Under the pieces are notes generated by a model. The model was not told the origin of the DNA. It did not search any database and was given only the letters and a program-made list of their open reading frames with translations. From Candidatus Sumerlaeota bacterium (GTDB taxonomy: Bacteria > Sumerlaeota > Sumerlaeia > MWCT01 > JAUWMI01): a stretch of 64,000 nucleotides of DNA. Numbering within the stretch: position 1 is the stretch's first letter; each line of letters opens with the position of its first letter. This document shows, piece by piece, positions 57,884 to 64,000 of this stretch. The position numbers were made by a program, and so were the translations under genes. Location: assembly GCA_030613245.1 (NCBI GenBank), contig JAUWMI010000003.1, positions 1,062 to 65,061 on the forward strand. Direction: 5' to 3'.

Positions 57884-58115
57884 AAAAGCCCGACGCCTTG
57901 GCTTCTTCTATTCGGGAATTGTTAATAATGTAGCGTCTGCCTCAGGCAGGCTATTGGGGAAACTCGAAAAACCAATGCAGAATTCCGTTTCCGCTTGACC
58001 GGATTCCGCATTTGAGAGATTCTTCGGACGATCACACGGCCTCAAGGTGTGAGAAAGAAACCATATAAACCATAGTTATATTGATGTAAGTTCATATCGA
58101 GAGAAAGGAGGGAGT

Positions 58116-59648
58116 ATGGCAATGAAAAAAGAAAAAAATGAAAGAAAAAAAAGGAGACTTACTACAGCTTTTGGAATCCCTGTTGCTGACGACCAGAACA
58201 GTCAAACCGCTGGTCCACGGGGTCCTGTACTAATGCAGGACGTTCACTTGCTGGAGAAGTTAACCCACTTCGACCGTGAGCGCATTCCTGAACGAGTGGT
58301 GCATGCAAAAGGAGCGGGAGCGTACGGCTATTTTGAGGTTACTGCCGATGTGACCAGGTACACCAAAACCAAGTTTCTTTCCGAAGTAGGCAAGCGCACC
58401 GAAGTGTTCTTACGATTTTCCACGGTTGGCGGTGAGCGGGGTTCTGCTGATGCTGCACGAGATCCACGCGGCTTTGCAATCAAATTCTACACGGAAGAAG
58501 GCAATTATGACCTGGCAGGGAACAACACGCCGGTATTCTTTATCCGCGACCCCCTTAAGTTTCCCGACTTTATTCACACTCAGAAGCGGAATCCTGCGAC
58601 CAATCTGCCTGATCCGGATATGTTTTGGGACTTTCTGTCCCTGACACCCGAATCCATTCATCAAGTCACAATCCTTTTCTCCGACAGGGGAACACCAGCT
58701 ACCTTTCGGCACATGAACGGCTACAGTAGCCACACCTTCAAGTGGTACAATGACACGGGCAAGTACTTCTGGGTACAGTACCATTTCAAGACGGATCAGG
58801 GTATCAAGAACCTGACCCGAGAGGAATCGAGGCGTCTTTGCGGCGAAGATCCGGATCACGCCACTCGTGACCTGTATAAGGCCATCGAGCAGGGCGACTA
58901 TCCTTCCTGGACTCTTGAGATGCAGATTCTGACACCAGAGAAGGCCAAGGATTTCCCTTGGGATATCCTTGACATCACCAAAGTCTGGCCACATGGAGAG
59001 GTCCCGCCTATTAAAGTTGGAAAGCTGGTTCTGAACCGGAACCCGGTCAACTATTTTGCAGAAGTGGAACAGGCGGCTTTCTGCCCGGGAAACGTGGTTC
59101 CCGGCATCGCCATCTCACCGGACAAGATGTTGCAAGCGAGGGTTTTTTCTTACCACGATACGCACATTCACCGACTGGGACCCAACTATCATCTGATTCC
59201 AGTTAACGCGCCCAAACACGCTCCTGAAAACAGTTACCAGCGTGACGGGCTCATGCGCGTTGACGCCAACGCGGGTGGCGGACCCAACTACTGGCCGAAT
59301 AGCTTTGGCGGATTTGGGCCGGACCCGACGGCAGGCGAGCCTCCTTTTGAGCTTTCCGGCCAGGCCGGTCGTCACCCCTTCACACATCCAAATGACGACT
59401 TTGTGCAGGCGGGTACCCTCTACCGCAAAGTCATGTCAGACAAGGATCGAGATCACCTCATCGGCAACATTGTGGATCACCTGGGCAAGGCACAGAAACG
59501 CATCCAATTGCGCCAAACCGCCTTGTTCTACAAGGCAGACAAGGAGTACGGCCGCCGCGTAGCAGAAGGAATAGGCCTCGATGTGAATGAAGTCAAGCGA
59601 TTGGCGGATATGTCTCAAGAGGAACGGGCAAAGGCTACCGAGAAGTGA
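58116..59648 (+). CDS. katA: Monofunctional heme catalase
   Basis: [22 protein letters not shown] and RVFSYHDTH motifs. Confidence 0.96.
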   Translation: MAMKKEKNERKKRRLTTAFGIPVADDQNSQTAGPRGPVLMQDVHLLEKLTHFDRERIPERVVHAKGAGAYGYFEVTADVTRYTKTKFLSEVGKRTEVFLRFSTVGGERGSADAARDPRGFAIKFYTEEGNYDLAGNNTPVFFIRDPLKFPDFIHTQKRNPATNLPDPDMFWDFLSLTPESIHQVTILFSDRGTPATFRHMNGYSSHTFKWYNDTGKYFWVQYHFKTDQGIKNLTREESRRLCGEDPDHATRDLYKAIEQGDYPSWTLEMQILTPEKAKDFPWDILDITKVWPHGEVPPIKVGKLVLNRNPVNYFAEVEQAAFCPGNVVPGIAISPDKMLQARVFSYHDTHIHRLGPNYHLIPVNAPKHAPENSYQRDGLMRVDANAGGGPNYWPNSFGGFGPDPTAGEPPFELSGQAGRHPFTHPNDDFVQAGTLYRKVMSDKDRDHLIGNIVDHLGKAQKRIQLRQTALFYKADKEYGRRVAEGIGLDVNEVKRLADMSQEERAKATEK

Positions 59649-59880
59649 ATCTCGTCTTATCTGTGGAGAGTGATTGTCAGATCTGTTTTTTCAGACAAAT
59701 CGTTACAGATTAGCGCATGAATATTGTCAAATAGCAACCGGCTGCACCAGACCCGCCGCGGCGGGCGGGTCGTCCCTACATTCTGAATTCTTAATGCTAC
59801 TAAGGCGCGTGCGCGTCGTGCCGTCGTGGTTTAATAGTTTTTTTGTCAGGTGCTCTTATTATAATATGGAGGAGGTCAAT

Positions 59881-60618
59881 ATGAAGACCATAACTTTATT
59901 TATGTTTTTCCCGATCATGATGTTCGCATCTTTTTCAGCCGCGCAAAATCAATTTGAGTCTGATACAATCAGCACTTCATCAGGGGATTTGAAAATCACC
60001 TTTGTCGGCCATGGGACTTTGTTATTTCATTTTAATGAAAAGGTAATCCATGTTGATCCAGTCAGTGGATATGCAGACTATTCAAAATTGCCCAAGGCCG
60101 ATATTATTCTTGTCACTCATCATCATGGTGATCACTTTGACAAAAAAGCATTAGAACAGATCAAGACACCGAACACGGATTTGATATTGACAGAAACGTG
60201 CGCTGAACAAATCCAAAACGGTATTGTAATGAAAAATGGTGATGTGAAGACAATTAAAGGAATAAAAGTGAAAGCCGTTCCAGCGTATAACATTGTTCAC
60301 AAAAGAGCGAATGGTGAGCCTTTTCACCCAAAAGGTATTGGTAACGGCTATGTGATAACATTTGGGGATAAGAAAGTATATATCGCTGGAGATACAGAGA
60401 ATGTTCCAGAAATGAAGGAGTTATCTGGAATAGATTGCGCCTTTTTACCGATGAACTTACCTTATACCATGACACCCGAAATGGTTGCTGAGGCAGTCAA
60501 GATGTTTAATCCTAAAATCCTTTATCCATATCATTTCGGAAATACGAACGTAAATGAGCTGGTTGAACTATTAAAAGATAAAAAAGACTGCGAAGTACGC
60601 ATCAGGAAAATGCAGTAG
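59881..60618 (+). CDS. MBL-fold metallo-hydrolase, exported, AT-rich
   Basis: THHHGDH, YIAGDTE and YPYHF motifs; GGAGG RBS before ATG 59881. Confidence 0.88.
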   Translation: MKTITLFMFFPIMMFASFSAAQNQFESDTISTSSGDLKITFVGHGTLLFHFNEKVIHVDPVSGYADYSKLPKADIILVTHHHGDHFDKKALEQIKTPNTDLILTETCAEQIQNGIVMKNGDVKTIKGIKVKAVPAYNIVHKRANGEPFHPKGIGNGYVITFGDKKVYIAGDTENVPEMKELSGIDCAFLPMNLPYTMTPEMVAEAVKMFNPKILYPYHFGNTNVNELVELLKDKKDCEVRIRKMQ

Positions 60619-60640
60619 CTAAATATTAAGGAGGGATTCG

Positions 60641-60765
60641 GGGACAGGCGACTATTTTTCCCTATCGCTTTTTGAGAATTAGCTTTTGAATATCGTAAAT
60701 AAAAAAGTAGCCTGTCCTTTTTCCAAAAAGTAATTGAGTAGGGACAGATTATAATCTGTCCCTAC
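60641..60765. repeat. Two palindromic REP-like elements
   Basis: GGACAGGCGACTATTTTT ... AAAAAAGTAGCCTGTCC; GTAGGGACAGATTATAATCTGTCCCTAC. Confidence 0.75.
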
Positions 60766-60797
60766 AATATAGGCCACAGACCACGCATCATGAGTAG

Positions 60798-60908
60798 TCA
60801 GCTCTTTCTGGCTAGCGTAAGCTCGTGGTGATAATCTTGGAGGGTTTTCAGGGTAGGTTTGGTAGATCGGAGGGCTTTAATGCCCTCAACAGCGGCCTTG
60901 GCGGCGGC
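60798..60908 (-). pseudogene. carB: Diverged duplicate of the carB 3' end
   Basis: Encodes AAAKAAVEGIKALRSTKPTLKTLQDYHHELTLARKS*, versus carB AAARAAVEGIESLRTTKPTLKALQDYHHELDIARKK. Confidence 0.88.
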
Positions 60909-60930
60909 TGAGATTGGTCGTTAGTCTTCG
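60901..60930 (+). mobile_element. Right arm of an attC preceding the TA cassette
   Basis: GCGGCGGCTGAGATTGGTC GTTAGTCTTC; complementary (9/10) to GAAGCCTAAC at 61548-61557. Confidence 0.65.
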
Positions 60931-60948
60931 CATATATCAAAAAAACGG

Positions 60949-60986
60949 TTGACTCCCGGTTCTGTTATACGTATACTATACGTGTA
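60949..60986 (+). promoter_or_regulatory. TA operon promoter with putative operator
   Basis: TTGACT-17 bp-TATACT, overlapped by palindrome TATACGTATA and a second TATACGTGTA. Confidence 0.7.
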
Positions 60987-61007
60987 ATAAATAAAGGAGA
61001 ACTGGCG

Positions 61008-61238
61008 ATGCAGAAAAAATTAACCATCACTATTGATGAGGAAGTTTATTTTGGACTGCACAATGTCATAGGTCCAAGAAAAATTAGCAAATTTGTTGAA
61101 AACTTGGTTCGTCCACACGTCGTCAAACATGAGCTCGAATCGGCGTATGCTGAAATGGCGAAAGATAAACATCGGGAAAAGGAAGCTCTGGAATGGGCTG
61201 AGGCCACCTTCGGAGACAGCGCTCATGAAAAGAGGTGA
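61008..61238 (+). CDS. Antitoxin (RHH-like N-terminus)
   Basis: [14 protein letters not shown]...Y.EMA.D..RE.EA.EW; overlaps the toxin gene. Confidence 0.8.
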   Translation: MQKKLTITIDEEVYFGLHNVIGPRKISKFVENLVRPHVVKHELESAYAEMAKDKHREKEALEWAEATFGDSAHEKR

Positions 61239-61548
61239 AGTGTGGTGGGTAAATTTTGGCCGTTCCATTGGTGGAGAGATTCGCAAGAAACGCCCTGCAG
61301 TAATAGTTAGCAATGATGCCTCCAATAAGTTCCTGAATAGAGTTCAGGTTGTTCCGCTTACCGGTAAAATTGACCGCCTCTATCCCAGTGAAACATATGT
61401 ACTTGTTAATCGTAAACAAAGCAAAGCCATGGCTGATCAATTAGCAACAGTAAGCAAATTACGCCTGTTCAATAAAATTGGCTTTCTTTCGACAGACGAC
61501 ATGCAAAAGGTTGGAGAGGCGCTGAAGATTCAACTTGATCTTAAATAG
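61225..61548 (+). CDS. mazF: MazF/PemK family toxin
   Basis: [31 protein letters not shown] and DQL.TVSK.RL motifs. Confidence 0.92.
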   Translation: MKRGEVWWVNFGRSIGGEIRKKRPAVIVSNDASNKFLNRVQVVPLTGKIDRLYPSETYVLVNRKQSKAMADQLATVSKLRLFNKIGFLSTDDMQKVGEALKIQLDLK

Positions 61549-61597
61549 AAGCCTAACCAGCGGCTCACGAATTTTTCTGAATTTTTCAAATCCCGTT

Positions 61598-61655
61598 GTA
61601 GGGGCAGGCCTTGTGCCTGCCCTATTATTTTGGGCACGCCGCGGCGTGCCCCTAC
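61598..61655. repeat. GTAG-type REP pair
   Basis: GTAGGGGCAGGCCTTGTGCCTGCCCT ... GGGCACGCCGCGGCGTGCCCCTAC. Confidence 0.8.
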
Positions 61656-61673
61656 GATTTCATGTTATGTCCT

Positions 61674-64000
61674 TCATTTCACACATTTCTTTCTGGCGAT
61701 GTCCAGCTCGTGGTGGTAATCCTGCAGGGCTTTCAGCGTGGGTTTGGTAGTTCGGAGCGATTCGATACCCTCAACAGCGGCGCGTGCTGCGGCAATAGTG
61801 GTGAGCAGCGTAATGTTGCGGGCAATGGCGTTGCTGCGAATCGCCTTCTGGTCGGCTTTTGAGTCTTTGTCAAGCGGTGTGTTGATGACCATTTGAATCT
61901 CGTTATTGATCATTAAGTCAACGACGTTTGGGCGCCCCTCAGCGATCTTATAGACTATCTGGGTCTGGATGCCGTGGGATTGCAGGAACTCGAGTGTGCC
62001 ACGTGTGGCGTAGAGCCGGAAGCCAAGGGCGTGGAGGCGTTTAGCAATCGGCAGGAAGCGCGGCTTATCCTGGTCGTGGAGGCTGATGAAAATTCCGCCC
62101 TCGAGCGGTAGTGCGGAGTTCGCTGCACTTTGTGATTTGGCAAAAGCTAATCCATAATTCGGGTCTATGCCCATAACTTCGCCTGTTGAACGCATTTCGG
62201 GGCCAAGGATGATATCACATCCTGGAAATTTGGCGAAGGGGAGGACTGCTTCCTTAACTGTGTAGAAGGGGATGCGTGGTTCTTCGGTGAAGCCAAGCTC
62301 CTCAAGCGTTTTTCCTACCATAATGCGGGCTGCCAACCGGGCAATAGGAATACCAATTGATTTGCTCACGTAGGGCACAGTGCGGCTCGCGCGTGGATTG
62401 ACCTCCAGCACGTAGACCTTACCATCCTTCACCGCGTATTGAATATTCATCAGGCCGCGCACGTTTAAACCGCGTCCAAGTGCCTCGGTATACTGACGAA
62501 TGGTCTGGAGGATCTCGGGCGACAGGGAGCGCGGCGGAATCACGCACGCGCTATCGCCCGAGTGAATTCCCGCCTGCTCGATGTGTTCCATAATTGCGCA
62601 GATCACCACGCGATTTCCGTCTGCCAGGGCGTCAACATCCATCTCGATTGCTTCGTCGAGAAATTTGTCAATCAGAATGGGATGCTCTGGCGATACTTCT
62701 CCCGCCTCTTTCATAAATACGCGCAGCTGCGCATCGTCATAAACAATCTCCATGGCGCGTCCACCGAGCACGTAGGATGGACGAACCATCAGGGGGTAGC
62801 CGATTGAATGTGCAATTCCCTCGATCTCTTCGTAGGTATACCCAGCACTATTGGGTGCCTGGGGAATGCCGAGCTGGGCAAGCAACGCTCCGAAGCGTTT
62901 GCGATCTTCCGCGAGGTCAATACTTTCGGGTGAAGTGCCCAGGATGTTCACGCCTGCAGCCTCCAGGAACTTTGCCAGATTCAGCGGTGTCTGACCGCCG
63001 AATTGGACAATCACGCCGAATGGCTGCTCGTTCTCGATGATGTGGAGTACGTCCTCTGTGGTCAGGGGCTCGAAGTAGAGCTTGTCGGCGGTGTCGTAGT
63101 CGGTGCTTACGGTTTCAGGATTGCTGTTTATCATTATGGTTTCATAGCCATCTTTCTTAAGAGCGATCACTGCCTGGACGCAGCAGTAGTCAAACTCAAT
63201 GCCCTGGCCGATGCGATTTGGCCCTCCGCCAAGAATGATGATCTTTTTTTTGTCAGAGGGATGCGATTCGTTGGTCTGGTCATAGGCCGAGTAGAAGTAG
63301 GGCGTCTGGGCCAGGAATTCACCTGCGCAGGTGTCAACGGCTTTGAAGACCGGTCGAATGCCCAGATGCTTGCGGAGGCGGCACACCTGCGCTTCGGTCG
63401 TGTGCGTGAGGTGGGCAATTTGGCGGTCGGAGAACCCGTTCTGTTTGGCTTTGCGGAGCAGCTTCGCACAGAATTCGCGCTCCTCCTGCTCGCCGGGCTG
63501 AGGAGCAGCGGACTCTGGTTGGTCTAGTTTGTCAAGACATCCGACCAGGAACGATGAAGTCTTCACCTGGTTTTCGACCTCAATTATTTCACGGATGTTC
63601 TCGATAAACCAGGGATCGATGCCGGTGAGGTTTGCTATTTCGTCAATGGAGAGCCCTTCGTAGAGGGCGTACTTGACGTAAAAGATGCGTTCGGGATGGG
63701 GAGTATTCAGGCGACGAATGAGTCGTTCGCGATTGAACTTGTCCTTCCCGTCGGCACCCAGGCCATAGCGGCCAATTTCAAGGGAGCGGAGGCCTTTTTG
63801 CAAGGCTTCCTTGAACGTGCGGCCAATGCTCATAGTTTCGCCGACGGATTTCATCTGCGTGCCAAGGGTAGGATCTGAGCCCGGGAATTTCTCGAATGTA
63901 AATCGCGGTATTTTCACCACACAGTAGTCAATAGTCGGCTCGAAGCATGCTGGCGTCTTTTTTGTGATATCGTTCGGCAGCTCATCGAGGCGATAGCCGA
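61674..64000 (-). CDS. carB: Carbamoyl-phosphate synthase large subunit, 5' part outside the window
   Basis: GPNRIGQGIEFDY, NPETVSTDYD, EVNPRASRT and MGS domain. Confidence 0.97.
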   Translation of the reverse strand, partial: GYRLDELPNDITKKTPACFEPTIDYCVVKIPRFTFEKFPGSDPTLGTQMKSVGETMSIGRTFKEALQKGLRSLEIGRYGLGADGKDKFNRERLIRRLNTPHPERIFYVKYALYEGLSIDEIANLTGIDPWFIENIREIIEVENQVKTSSFLVGCLDKLDQPESAAPQPGEQEEREFCAKLLRKAKQNGFSDRQIAHLTHTTEAQVCRLRKHLGIRPVFKAVDTCAGEFLAQTPYFYSAYDQTNESHPSDKKKIIILGGGPNRIGQGIEFDYCCVQAVIALKKDGYETIMINSNPETVSTDYDTADKLYFEPLTTEDVLHIIENEQPFGVIVQFGGQTPLNLAKFLEAAGVNILGTSPESIDLAEDRKRFGALLAQLGIPQAPNSAGYTYEEIEGIAHSIGYPLMVRPSYVLGGRAMEIVYDDAQLRVFMKEAGEVSPEHPILIDKFLDEAIEMDVDALADGNRVVICAIMEHIEQAGIHSGDSACVIPPRSLSPEILQTIRQYTEALGRGLNVRGLMNIQYAVKDGKVYVLEVNPRASRTVPYVSKSIGIPIARLAARIMVGKTLEELGFTEEPRIPFYTVKEAVLPFAKFPGCDIILGPEMRSTGEVMGIDPNYGLAFAKSQSAANSALPLEGGIFISLHDQDKPRFLPIAKRLHALGFRLYATRGTLEFLQSHGIQTQIVYKIAEGRPNVVDLMINNEIQMVINTPLDKDSKADQKAIRSNAIARNITLLTTIAAARAAVEGIESLRTTKPTLKALQDYHHELDIARKKCVK

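Noticed and set aside
59674..59880. N-terminal extension of the MBL hydrolase
   Set aside because: Runs through a REP-like palindrome; RBS and signal peptide indicate a start at 59881.
1..64000. tRNA, rRNA or prophage genes
   Set aside because: No cloverleaf, rRNA-conserved blocks or phage hallmark genes recognised by eye; a covariance-model scan was not possible.

Overview
A 64-kb stretch of bacterial chromosome. The type IV pilin-like genes (G|FTLIE...YDPTNGT-x-S-x-GD) and secreted proteins ending in WxLY(Y) suggest a Ca. Sumerlaeota/BRC1-like lineage; this is inference only. The housekeeping backbone includes nfu, UDG, pilT, coaBC, gmk, yicC, xseB, dxs, tlyA, nadK, TPR proteins, a sigma-54 activator, a xanthine-dehydrogenase-family operon, an FGGY kinase, catalase and a partial carB. 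Accessory features: (1) a decayed inverted-integrase integron with a ~30-codon IntI remnant at 33721-33813, an attI-like site, and six minus-strand cassettes with intact-to-eroded attC sites, three of which encode nuclease-like proteins; (2) attC-bounded cassettes away from that array (19491-20922, and a mazEF-like cassette next to a diverged duplicate of the carB 3' end) and an orphan attI-like copy before catalase; (3) a REP-associated tyrosine transposase with a stop at codon 2 and its REP pairs; (4) many short-period, often inverted, repeat tracts; (5) an operon encoding two beta-helix proteins and two signal-peptide-bearing copies of the globular head of a pilin encoded 26 kb away. No rRNA, tRNA or CRISPR array was recognised.
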